From positions 1-32,376 of the forward strand of contig MU626471.1 in the NCBI GenBank assembly GCA_025603075.1: a DNA stretch of 32,376 nucleotides, written 5' to 3'. How positions within the stretch are numbered: the stretch's first letter is position 1; every line of letters starts with the position of its first letter. The stretch comes from Neoconidiobolus thromboides FSU 785 (taxonomy: Eukaryota > Fungi > Entomophthoromycota). This document shows positions 12,064 to 23,943 of the stretch, piece after piece. The translations under genes and the position numbers were made by a program. The notes beneath the pieces were generated by a model that was not told where the DNA came from, did no database searches, and was given only the letters and a program-made list of their open reading frames with translations.

Positions 12064-15016
12064 TTATTTTTTTACTTTTTTGCTTGGACTATGGTAGCCA
12101 ATCAAACTCTGTTTTGTTGGTGATAAAGAATTATCAAACCCAATCTCACGTTTGTGTTTCATTTTAGAGACTAAGTCGATAATATCCTGTTCGGACCAAA
12201 GTGATACACCAATTTGAACATTGTGCTGGGTATCGGGTTGCGCCATAGCTCTTAAGAATTTCTTTGCCATTGCTATAGCCATATCCGTACTTACATTAGC
12301 ACATGCCTCATTTATGTACTCCTGGATCCATTTTGGCAGTTTTGAACGCTTGTCGTTACGAGCGAATCGCTATAATATTTAGCTTTATAACTTATGTCAA
12401 CTTATTAAGTTTACTTTATCTACAAACACCATTAATCCATAATCTGTTTTACCCCTAAGAACTCTACCAACGCATTGAGCTGCATGACGCATTGCATCAA
12501 AACTAAGATAATCATTTTCTTTAATTTGATGTTCTTCTCTAAGGTATTCTAATCTGGCCTATAACAAAGTTAGCTTCATAACAAACAGTTGATCTTTTAT
12601 ACCTTTAAAATTCTACTCTCAGTGTACTGGAAAGGGATCCCGAACATAAGTACTGCTCTACCATAATTATGGTCAAAATCGATCCCTTCAGATACTTTGC
12701 CACGGGCCACAGACAAAAGTACTGCTCCCCTGCCATTATTACATGCCTATTTTATTAGTCACTACTTTAGTATTTTTGATATAACTTACAATTCTATAAT
12801 TCTCCAATGCTAAACTGGTCTCTGCTGCATCCGGAGTTTCTACAAAGATCAATTTATTTTTCCACACTTCATTTAAGATACCCTAAACCATGTTAATAAT
12901 TAATAAATGAAACAATCGATAACATACCATATCATTCCATAACGTAACAATGGACTCCATATAAAGATATGAAGGAAAGAAAGCCACAATACCATCTGGC
13001 ACTGACTTTGAATACTCAATCAATATATTGCCAAAATTTCGAACTACTGCTGGATCATTTCTCACTTCAAATTTCGAGGAGATAGCCACTTGGTCACTGC
13101 CCCTGGTAATGATGGTAGGTAGGAAACAATTTCGTGTTAAAGTCATTGAATAAGATGCTTCCACCTTCGCTGTAAATTTCAACATTCTTGGGTACATATC
13201 TAAGGGAGAGAGCGTACCAGAGGTTATTACCACTGAGTCGAAGCGCTTAAACACAGGCTTAATGGAAAGAGATGCATCCAAACAGCTAAAATATTATATT
13301 AATTTGATACAAAATTAAAGTGGTAAAAGAAAGTACACAAAATGAAGTATAGGATTGGGGATGGTAGCTGTGTCGGTTTCGAAGGGCTCTAAAATTAATA
13401 AAAAGCCTTAAAAATTACATTAATATCAATTTCCTATAAGCTAAATTAAAAAATCACCTTTATCAAATGAAGCTACCAAGGTAGCAAACTCAGCTACCTT
13501 TTGTAGCGCAATATAGTCTTCTAGGTCAGACAACTCCAAAGTTCTTACTAATGACGCTAGTCTTTCAGAGCTAAGTTTAAGCGGCCTTTGATCAATATAG
13601 GTAATTTCTTTTAAATGGTGCATAAATGAACGTGGGGTTTCAGCCACCACATGCAACACTCTAAGTCGAGTCTAACAATATAAACAAAAACAAAAAGTAG
13701 CAAGGACTTAGTTACCTTCAAATATTCAATAAATCTCTTCAAAAAGGAAACAAAGTGCTCCGCTTTACGGATATTTCCTGGTACCGCTTCCTCAAGGATC
13801 TCATCAGGTATTAATGGGTTTCCAAGCAATCTATCCTCATCTCGGGCGACCTTAGTTTCCTCCAGGCCTTGCAATAGCTTCTGATACTCAGACTGGAGCT
13901 TATCAGAATCTGAAGCTTTTATCTCCTGTACCTTTTCAGCTAATTTATTAACACTCTTTAAACTTGCTTCTAACGTGGGTCTACCTATATCGATACTCAA
14001 AGACTCCAAACATACGTTATCAATATTATGTGCTTCATCAAATACAACAATACTATTTTGAGGTAATTCTTTAGAGATTAAGTTAGCGACTTTGGGATCA
14101 AGTAGATAATGAAAACTGTAAATGATCACATTGGCTATTCCAATCAATTTACGTGACAAATAATACGGGCAAAGTTGTTTTTCTTTACATATTACTCTTA
14201 AATCTTCTAAAGTATATATACCAGATGCTATTGGTGATTTAATTATCCCATTTTCATCTTGCCCATCAGTTAATTTCGCTTGTAAGTTCTAAAAATTATT
14301 GAGATAAAATTCACAAATCCTAAATGGATATAAAGTTGAATAAAACTCACCTCATAATAAGGACACAAGTCCTCGATATCAGTGCACATATTACCCTTAT
14401 TCTTCTCTATCACTTTATTTCGAACCCAAGAAGCGGTCAAGTTACGACACTTAGAGTCGACCATCTTTCCTCTCTTTTCACTAGCTACTTTTTCGTTTAA
14501 ACATAAATTTTTACGTGAAGTTAAACCAAGTCCTAGAAAGTTAGCATCTAAACAACCGGCCTGTTTGCGATATTCCATCAAGCGTTTTAACTCCTCCAAA
14601 GCTTTTTCGATTTCAGGAACCGTTCGTGAACAGTAAACCAATTTACGGCCCTGTTTATGATGCTATTTTGACTGTTAAATGAAGTTGATTTTTTATTTAA
14701 TTTAATTACTTGTTGGTATGCTATAATCAATGATAACAATGAGATTGTTTTTCCAGTCCCTGAAGGCATCTCTAGAAGACAATGACCCTGGTTTCTTTAG
14801 TATTTAATTAATGGTTTGTTTTAGAAAATTACTTTTTGATCAAGCGCTTTTTTGAGATCGCACATGTAAGCATATTGCTCTGGGTAAATGTAATCATAAG
14901 GGAAATGAATTGTTAACTCCTCAATTTGAAATCTAAGTTTTATATTGTAAGTTCATGTTTTAATTCTTTATGGATCTTAGGAATGGCTAATTCTGACTTT
15001 TGAGCACTCACTTCAT
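12064..15016 (-). CDS. RAD3: TFIIH 5'-3' Fe-S DNA helicase XPD (RAD3/rad15/ERCC2), multi-exon; first coding exon is 5 nt (ATGAA, 15012-15016)
   Basis: MK|[31 protein letters not shown]; Walker A MPSGTGKT; [11 protein letters not shown]; four Fe-S Cys (RKNLC, SKC, LCPYY, LCPYY); DEAH; [14 protein letters not shown]; FFPSYLYME; [15 protein letters not shown]; [15 protein letters not shown]. Confidence 0.97.
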
Positions 15017-15364
15017 TTAATTTAATAAGTTAAGAAAAATAGAAGTTATAATGACTGGTGCTTGGATTTTATGAGTTTTAAATTGATGACTTAATATGGC
15101 AAATCAAGTAAATTCAATTTTAATAAAAATACTCGATTGAAGTCAACTTGAAGTGAAATATTAATAGTAGATTTGGCATTCAAAGGGTTTATTAATAAAT
15201 ACATATTTAACAAATGTATTTATTGAAAATTTATAATAGTGAATAGCAGTACTAAGCTCAATAATATAGCTTAGATAAATTCAAAATTTAAATTCTAACA
15301 ATTTATTGCAATAATTAATTTTACACTAAATACTATCCATTGAATACTAATACAAAATATTAAT

Positions 15365-17005
15365 TCAATTAAAACAATCCATATGAATTATATTGCGAGT
15401 AAGAATATGACCAGCAATTAAAAATACTGAAATAACAATCCAAGTTAATGGATAGTAGAACAAAATAAAGCCACTTTCATTTTTCAAAGACCAAGAATAT
15501 ATAACGCCAACCAAGTAAGGTCCTAAAGTCCTTGAAAATGATATAAAAGACTGGGCGATTCCATTGACTTTTCCAAGCATGTGGCTGGGGCAGGAATCGA
15601 TGATCTAAATCAAGATCTTATAAACATATATATAACAAATACAACAAATGAAACTCACCGCTAAATTGCTTGAAGATATAAGGATAGCATTAAAAAATGT
15701 TCTTAATGTAACAAGAATAATGAGATAAATCCAAACACTATATCCAATCACATTCAAATCAAAAAAGTATGAAGTGGCAGGAAACAATAAATAAATGGGG
15801 GCTGCACCAAGGAAGCCGAATTTGAGTAATTTTAATGACCCAAATCGATCATTTAGATGAACAAAAATGAAAACTTGGAATAAAATTAAGGGCAGCCCAG
15901 CGACTGATAATAATTTACCTACTTGTGTTGTATCGAACTCCAATCCTCCATGACGTTTGTCTCCAGAGGCCCAAAAGGGGGTTAATTCTGTACTCATAAC
16001 CCTTGTTAGACCTATCACACTATATACAGTAATAGATAACCATGTCTTTAATGGGATCACGTTATTTGAAGTATTAGCTGCAATATTTTGGTCAGAACAA
16101 CTTGGTTCAATAGCTCTAAAATTGGGATTTGAATCACTGCGATTTAATAAAGTTTCTCTTTCAGGCATGGAGTTCTGTTTGCAATTTCTAGGTAAACTTT
16201 CTTTGAGGAATAAGGCACCTATGGTAGCACTTAATAAACAAAGGGAGGAAGAGATAAAACATGGTAAAAAATAAGGATAATATATTAAAAATTCGGCCAA
16301 TTTAGGGTTTTTAATCAAATGAGGATACTTGTCTATTGGATTGGATAGATAACCACCTAATAGAGGACCTACTATCATGCCGATACCATATGTCATTGGA
16401 AGAAAGGAAAATGCGTATGCTTAAGTAGTTGAGAGTATATTCTAATCATAAATATATCATTGAATTACCTCGATTACTTTTATCTGTAATTTCAACAACC
16501 ATGGACTTAATAACAGCTATATTACCGTTTAGTAGTCCACATAAACTTCGGCTAGCTATAGCCCATAATAAAGATTTACTAAGTCCAAATAAAAATAAAC
16601 TTATTGTAGTTCCTAATAAACCAAATATAATCACAGGCTTTCTACCTATTTTATCTGATAATATACCCCAATGTATCCCTAATTATAAAAAATAAGTCAT
16701 GATTTTCTAATTGATAACTCGCTTTACCGCTGACTAGTTGGGAGATGGCAAACGAACTTGTAATAATACCCGCATAATAAGCCAAATCCTCTTTACCATC
16801 CGCTATATTCAAATCACCTACTAACTACTATCTTGTTAATACACTTATCATTAATAGTAGTTGTCCTTACATAATAAATAAATGGAAATAAGATGGTAAA
16901 ACTGATAGGTTCAGCTAAGCGAACCAATAATATAATAATCAATTGACTCCATGGTACTGGTGTTTTTGAGGATTTGTTTTCTTCTTCGGATGGTCTAATT
17001 GCCAT
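15365..17005 (-). CDS. Major facilitator superfamily transporter (fungal YCR023C / ZIFL / tetracycline-efflux-like, DHA1 type), multi-exon
   Basis: VPWSQLIIILLVRLAEPISFTILFPFIY; YYAGIITSSFAISQ; WGILSDKIGRKPVII (MFS motif A); RSLCGLLNGNIAVIKSMVVEITDKSNR; GMIVGPLLGGYLSNP; LGKVNGIAQSFISFSRTLGP. Confidence 0.92.
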
Positions 17006-17640
17006 GAGAGTTGAATTTTATAACATAAAACAATTTTAATTTTGATAGAGCAGATGAAACTTTATAAAATAAACTTTTATTTTGAGTTTTAGATTTAAAT
17101 AAGAACTATTCCATGCTTATCCTATTGGCTGATATAAATTGTTTTTTCATAATATTTATCATTGTTCCCCTTTATTTTAAATGTTCCCTTGTAACTGAGT
17201 TCTAGAATTATTACTTTATAATAGTAAATGTTTTTATTACTACTATTTAGCTCTCAATATAGACTATAATAATTTTTTAATCACGCATTAACTAAAATAG
17301 ATTTAAGTTTGAATTTCGGACTTAATTTTGTTCATTTAAAAGGTCTGACTTCACTTTTTTTAGAACCTTACTGATTGAAACACTCATGAAAAAAGTATTT
17401 TCATTATTTATTCATTTCTAAAAAGTTAAAATCCAAAAGGATTCTTAAATTTTTAAGCAAAAGCATGCTATTGTATATTCTTATTCTTAAAGATCTCTCC
17501 AAACAAGGGTTGTGTTTCAAACCTTAGTGGGGTAAAAATGATGAATTACCTGTTAAATAACTTGTCTGTTAAAATAATGAAAGTTTGAATTATCCATCGA
17601 GGACTCTCAAACCTTCAAATCTTCTTCCAATATTATATAT

Positions 17641-17740
17641 GGGAATGTATTTTTGTGTTTAAGAATTTCACTAATAATTTTTCTACTCAAATAGTGTTTA
17701 AAAGATGTAAAAAGTAATGAAGCCAAAAAAAATCATCCTC
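17641..17740 (+). mobile_element. MITE copy with ATAT/ATAT target-site duplication
   Basis: ATAT|GGGAATGTATTTTTGTGTTTAAGAATTT...ACTCAAATAGTGTTTAAAAGATGTAAAAAGTAATGAAGCC...CATCCTC|ATAT. Confidence 0.8.
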
Positions 17741-18166
17741 ATATCATGTTCTTTAAAGCTCTCAAATTCTTGAATAGATCGAGCATTCCAATTGGGCATG
17801 TAGCCAAAAAGTAGTATTTTTGTTTTACAATTACACTTTGTAAGTTTGATAACTAAATATTTTCCTAATAATACCTTTTAATTCAAGATGTTATTTTTAA
17901 GACTACATGGTTTGATTAATTTTGATGCTAAATTTGTAAGTATCCCTTACGACATATCATAATGAATATTAATAAAGTAGTATTAATTATAAAAAGCATG
18001 ATACTCAATTTAACTTTAAAATATATGATAAAGAACAAACTCTTTTTACTAAAAAAAAAGTCACTAAAAAAACCAAACATAAAGACCAATGATTAAATAA
18101 TCTATTTTAATATTCAAATTCATAAATTTAATAAATTTGATCTATCAATTCCCAACTTTTCTCTAC

Positions 18167-19551
18167 TTATTGTGCAATATTGCCTAAAGATCTTTTAACC
18201 ACTGTGCATTTTTCAATCAAGATATTAATGGCTTGTACCAAAAGATCCTGTGGTGGCAAGATACCTGTAGATTCTATTTTGACTATAAAAAGTTAATAAA
18301 TTGCAATTTATAATAATCTTGAAAAATATTTACACAAGAAGTGATCTCTAACTCGAGTTAAGATAACTTTATCGGCTAACTCCGGGTGTCTTAATACTTC
18401 TCTAGACATTGTACATTTGCGTGGATTAATTACTTTAGCTTTACGCACCCCTATTGAAACATTAATCATCAACGTAAGCCATAATTTTAATAGAAACACA
18501 TACCATTTTCAACTACAACCTCAGCCACACCTTCTGGGAAACAAGAAACAAATTTGTCAGCCAAATCTCCAACAATATCTTCTTTTAATATAATGTCTGG
18601 CATTAAACGATATGAGGCAGTAGCTACTGGTGACCATTTAGCATGTTCCCTACCACATCCTTTTCTAAGATGTAACTCAGCTTCAATACTTTGACCAGGT
18701 ATTAATTTTGCTATTAAAATATCATCATGAACTGGTCGAATTGGATTATCTTTAAAAAGAGTGAGCTGATCTCCTCTTGGGTCAAATTCTAAATGACTGG
18801 AATAAACTTTGGTAATATTTAATAACTTTTCATTTCAAAATTCAAATTATTCATTTACTTGATGAGTCTATATATGGCTCTTGATCGTCTTTACTTCTTT
18901 TTGGTTTAGGTTTACATTGTACGTTTAATTTCATAACGATCGTATCCACATCAGTAGCAACACCACCTAATTATTCAATGATTTTAGAATCTAATAATCA
19001 AATTCTTTGCTTACTTACCTTTATGAAAATCAAACTTAGTAGGATCAGCTTTAATAGGAATAAGGCCTAAACGATGGGCTAAAACTTCGTCTTGGATTAC
19101 TGAAGTATTATTCATCATAAAAACATTTTCAATAGCCATGGTTGGTACCTATTTGTATTGTTTTTAGTTTTTTAGTTACTATAGTTGTTAGGTTCAATTT
19201 ACCTCAGCTATTAAAATACGTCTTAAAGCATTAGCAATGGAAGCATCAATACCAATGATATCAAACTCCATACTACTTGGTGAGATTTTCCAAATTTTTA
19301 GTCTGAAATTCTACATTTTAATATTTAGTCTCTTATACATTTACAAGCTATCATTCTTATTAATACCTTTTTAAATGTTTCCAAATTAAAAGCCAAGTCT
19401 TCTCCTGGATATTGGTGAGGGAAATCGGTAGATGATACCTTGAAAACTATTAGCTTTATCCTTTGACATTCATTGGCTTATTTCAACTTACATGTGATAT
19501 ATGGTCTTCATGGAGTACTACCCTTGTACGACGTATAGTTTCTTCATTCAT
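18167..19551 (-). CDS. RPC40: RNA polymerase I/III shared subunit AC40 (RPAC1/POLR1C), 8 exons
   Basis: [22 protein letters not shown]|[36 protein letters not shown]; [16 protein letters not shown]; [23 protein letters not shown]; [14 protein letters not shown]; RVRDHFL|[11 protein letters not shown]; all introns GT-AG. Confidence 0.96.
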
Positions 19552-19925
19552 TTTGGAGTTTATTTACTTAAATGGCAAATTAATAAAAAAGATAATTTTA
19601 TGGGATTTGTTTGTTTGTTTGAATAGATTCAAAACAAAATAAATTCTTTTTGATTAAGCCTTAATTTTTACGAAGTTTTCAATCTGTGTTATATTAAGTT
19701 ATAAAGTCAATGGTTTTGATAATGAAATTTTAATATAACTTATTTACTGTTCTAAATAACAATCTATATTATAAAATATGGGCATAATTATTATTTCAAT
19801 TAAACTAGATATATAGTTGTTCAAATATATAGCAAAAATTAATTTTCAAATGGTTGTAACTCATAAAATACTTTATTAACTTGGAAGAAGTTAATTTACA
19901 TCAGAAGCATATTAAAAAAATGTAC

Positions 19926-20758
19926 TCATTTTGACCATTCCATATTAGTAAGTTGATGGATCCATTCACTCCTGAAAAAATAGTGAGTTATAAAAAATTA
20001 ACATAAAAGTATATCTAAACTTACTTTATCTCTGGCCAAGCTCTTTCTACTTTTTCAGCATCCTCCATAGCATCTTGTTGAGCCACCGCTCTTGATACTG
20101 CTTTTTTACTACTTTCTTGCATTTCGCCATTAATAATCAATTCGTCCAATATAAAGTAAGCCTAACAATAAAGTCAAATTGCACCTAAGGACCTTGTAAA
20201 ACAACTTACTTTATTAAAATTAAATATGAGATCCAATTCACAAACCTATATTAAAGTATTAAATGAAACCTAATAAAATACTTTACTATCTTTTTTACAT
20301 TTCCAAAATATTTATCCAAGATTTCTACATAACGATGTAAAATTTCTAAGGTAACTAACTCATTATCTCCAGCTTCTATATTGGTTACAAAAAACAAACT
20401 GGCATATCTAAAGAAATTTCGGGATTAACTTTCTGTTTTTATTCATTTACTCTTTTTATGCTCTGTCTACCTTCTATAAACGATAGTACTATCTAACAAT
20501 TTTTTAGTAATTTATAGAGATAAAATACATTTCACTTACCTTTATACTCCAAAAAGTTACACATTTTAGCTTTTCTTGATAATACCATTTGAGTTACTTC
20601 TTTAACAATCTTTGTCTTTTCTTTATTACTCATAGTTAAAAACCATTTAGCTAACCTTAATTTCCCTTGGCGGCTTATCAATAACATAAATTTTATCTAT
20701 AGAGCTTAGCATTAGTTTTTGTTGCAACATGTTTAGCAGTAGTGGGTATTACGGCCAT
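19926..20758 (-). CDS. APS1: Clathrin adaptor AP-1 complex sigma (small) subunit, multi-exon; first coding exon is 6 nt (ATGGCC)
   Basis: MA|[19 protein letters not shown]...[23 protein letters not shown]|DSTIVYRR|YASLFFV...[23 protein letters not shown]|[12 protein letters not shown]|[20 protein letters not shown]; KMCNF is AP-1 sigma-like. Not in the ORF track because the exons are short. Confidence 0.93.
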
Positions 20759-21159
20759 CTTGAAATCTCAATTTTTTAAACACTAAAACAATAGTTGACG
20801 ATTTAAGCCACTTGAAATCAATTTGGTAGCAATTTTGTTGAGCGTTTTTTATTGGTTCAGTGTTCCTTAAGTGTAATATTTATTTATATGATGAGCTGAG
20901 TCCATTTTCAATATGAATCAAAAATAAACCACTTCAGCACTAAATGTTTATACACGTATTTAAATTGACACAAATTTAGTTTTCCACTTCACCTATTAGT
21001 TTAACTAATAAGCTAATTATTTCAATCATGAAAACCATAAAAGTTGAAGCAACTTATTCAAAACATCATAAAGCATTTAAATTTAATAAAAAACGTTACA
21101 AAATAAAATTTAAAATATTATTTTAATCGAAAAACTAAAAAAGCCCCATTTTAAAAAAG

Positions 21160-21376
21160 TTAATAATCTTCATCATCAGAAATAACTACTTTTCTTCTAG
21201 CTACCTTCTTTCTACTATTTGCTTCTTCTGCAACGTCTTCTTCCTCTTCTTCCTCTTCTTCCTCTTCTTCCTCATCATCATCAGCTATGAAAATATTCCT
21301 TTTTCCCGTTGTTTTACTATTTTTATTTTTGAGTCTCTGGTCCTGGTCATAATCCCGGTCATAATCTTCTTCTTCT

Positions 21377-21411
<35 letters not shown>

Positions 21412-22144
21412 CTCGTAGTGAACTTTGTTATTCTTGTCATTTGATTTGGATTTTCCTATTTCATTCATAAAGTCAAAGTCATCACCAACTTCCTCTTCCT
21501 CCTCCTCTTCCTCTTCTTCGTCAGCGTATTCTGTTTCCTTAGCCTTACTTTTACTTTTATCTCCCTTATATAAAACATCAAAGATATTGGAACCTTCTTC
21601 TTCGTCCGCTCTTTGGTTATTATTCTCATAGTTATCTTCTTCACTATTATGTGCACTACCGAACAAGTCTTCTTCATCATAATCATCGAAGCTCTTTTTA
21701 TTAGAATATTCGTTTAAGAATCCGTCTTGCATTTCGGTATCTTCATCAAACCCTTGTTCTTTTAATTTTTCTCGTTTTTCTATATCATCTATCCAATCCC
21801 CATATACATCTACAGCTAAAGTTAACCCTAAGTAACCAATTAGCATCTATATTAAGGTTTAAAATTAGGTTAATTTAAACTTCTTACTAGATATCTTTGT
21901 CCTATAACCAGCAAAACATGAACGACAATAAATATGTCCTGTACCGGTAGCTTTATCACTAAATAAAATAATTTATTAGAAAATCACTCGTCTTTTTTAT
22001 AAATATTATTATAAGTTAACATGCTAAAACTTACGCTTTATAGTCAGTAGATTTTGATTCAGCACAATACGGACAATCGAAACTAGTTTCCAATTTTTCT
22101 TTCTTTTTTACTGGTGCTTTACGAGCACTCTTACGCTTACCCAT
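21160..22144 (-). CDS. ELF1: Transcription elongation factor 1 (ELF1/ELOF1) zinc-ribbon protein with a long acidic C-terminal tail, 3 exons
   Basis: MGKRKSARKAPVKKKEKLETSFDCPYC...(20 aa)...CRSC...KIS|RLTLAVDVYGDWID, followed by about 200 aa rich in D/E with poly-Glu runs. Confidence 0.92.
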
Positions 22145-22366
22145 AACAGTTGAATGTGTTTTTTAGAAGTTAAAAAACTAAAGATTATAAAATTAATGTT
22201 GATTTATCCCTTTTCTCAGATTAAAATATATCCTACTATTTAATTGGCTAAAACACAAGCTTGGAAAGTAACCAATTGAAGCTTAGAAATAGTTGAAAGC
22301 TGATTTTTTCGAGAGAGAGAAAATTAAAAGATTACCTTTACTTATCAAATTGAAATATAAGCCAAA

Positions 22367-22566
22367 ATGTTTTTCCAACCACAAGCACCTAAACTTACTG
22401 AAGAAGAATTAGCTATGTTAAGACAAAAAACTGTAGCTACTGCCACTACTTTTTTCACCCTTTCAGCTTTGTTTCAACTTAGTAAGTCATTTATCCTAGA
22501 ATTAATATGTGTTTTAATGTTTTTTTTATAGCTCCTTATGTATTAAAGGCTTTAAACCTTGCTTAG
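22367..22566 (+). CDS. TOM5: Mitochondrial import receptor small subunit Tom5 (49 aa), exons 22367-22481 and 22532-22566
   Basis: MFFQPQAPKLTEEELAMLRQKTVATATTFFTLSALFQL|TPYVLKALNLA*. This fits the fungal Tom5 pattern (MF..Q.P..S/T.EEL, C-terminal TM segment with L-S/T-P-aromatic). GTAAGT...TAG intron keeps the frame. Confidence 0.8.
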
Positions 22567-23037
22567 AAAATAGAAAATATATAAAGATTAAAATTATTTG
22601 CTTATATAGGCTTGTTGGTTTTTTATTTAGTTAAGAGAGATTTATAATAGTTTTTTATAGATTTTAAGTTTAAGATTGATTTAATAGTTATAACTAAATA
22701 TAAAATGGTTACTTTTTGGTTTTTGATTGTCTTTAACATTATCTACTCAGTTATTTGTTTAGATGCTTTTATTTGCATCCCTTTTTTTTAATTTAGTATG
22801 ATAGTTTATGTTTTAGATTTACCTAGTTAAAATCAATTGCTATTTTTATTCTATTAGTGTTGTAGATTATTATAAAAACTCTAGTAAATAGTAACTGTTA
22901 AGAAAAAAATCTTCTTACCATCTATTTTTTAAAATATAGTAAATCAAAAGATCTAATTATCGAATGTTATACAAAAAACTACAATTTTGATTCCCGTTCG
23001 CAAAAATATTGAAAAGTAACCACTTAAACCTTTTATT

Positions 23038-23713
23038 TTATTCTAAAATATCCAAATCGTATACCACAACTCTACCAAAAAAATCCGTTGATTTATCAAA
23101 TTGGATCTTCAATCTATCAAAGCCATCTTCAATGACCTTTCCTTTAAGTTTTATGCTATCGTCCATTTCAGCTATCTTTATCTCTGCCTGGTAAAAAATG
23201 AAAAAAGTTAAGGATAGTTAGTTAGCTATATATATTATTTTTTCTTTAAAAAAAGGATATCTGCTTAGCATTAATATCATCAAAATAAACCTTATTGATA
23301 TTAAAATACTCTCCTCCAAGCTTGGAGTTTTGTACCGACAGTTGACCTTCGCTACCTACAAAGCCACCTTGAAAGGTGATCTTTATCTCTTTAGCTTTTG
23401 TTAAACGACCAAAATCTAGAATTATACTTTGTGGTAAACCCTGAAATTGAGGAATATAAGTAAAGTTAGTAAATCGGGGTTATATTCGGAAACTCTAGAA
23501 TTAAATTTTGTGAAGACGCTATAAATATGTATTAACTTACACTATCACTATTCCAACAGGATTCAGTATCTTTATCGATTAAATTTTGTTTACCATATGT
23601 CTTGGTTTCTTTATTGAGGACGGAACTGACCCTAAGGAAGATGGTTAGGCTGATTGTATTGCAGAGCAAACAAGTTACTTGATTCGGGTGCTGGAAGTGA
23701 TAACGCTAGTCAT
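23038..23713 (-). CDS. NR2C2AP: Nuclear receptor 2C2-associated protein (NR2C2AP/TRA16) homolog, galactose-binding-like fold; exons 23679-23713, 23541-23631, 23261-23440, 23038-23190; about 152 aa
   Basis: MTSVITSSTRIK|VSSVLNKETKTYGKQNLIDKDTESCWNSDS|GLPQSIILDF...ITFQGGF...YFDDINAKQ|Q...DRLKIQFDKSTDFFGRVVVYDL matches the NR2C2AP motifs VSSVLN, CWNSD, FQGGF, STDFFGRV.VY. Exon lengths (35+91+180+153 nt) sum to a multiple of 3. Confidence 0.9.
23191..23260 (-). other. U12-type (minor spliceosome) AT-AC intron, 70 nt, phase 0
   Basis: Minus strand: exon ...AAGCAG|ATATCCTTTTTTT... (5' site at 23260), branch point TATCCTTAAC (TCCTTAAC = 23214-23207), then ...CATTTTTTAC|CAG (AC ends at 23191). Splicing restores the conserved C-terminus; read-through reaches TAA after four codons. 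Confidence 0.85.
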
Positions 23714-23943
23714 TTTTATTAAAGATAATGAAAATAGTAAAAAGTTAACAAAAAAATTGAATAAACGTGATTTAATTTCTATTCTTGTGAACTCAAAACA
23801 AAGAAAATTTATTAAACTACTTTTCTATTTTAATAATTAAACATAAATCATAACAATAAAACAACATAAAACTTTTGGTATTCCTAACTTACTTAAACTT
23901 CAATCTTTTATTACTAACTTTAAAAAATAAAAAACATAATACT

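Noticed and set aside
17520-17620. ATGATGA resembling a box C of a C/D snoRNA
   Set aside because: No downstream CTGA box D or terminal stem at a suitable distance.
12064-22144. XPD, RPC40 and ELF1 within 10 kb as a transcription/repair gene cluster
   Set aside because: They are interspersed with unrelated housekeeping genes; there is no shared motif or other evidence beyond chance proximity.
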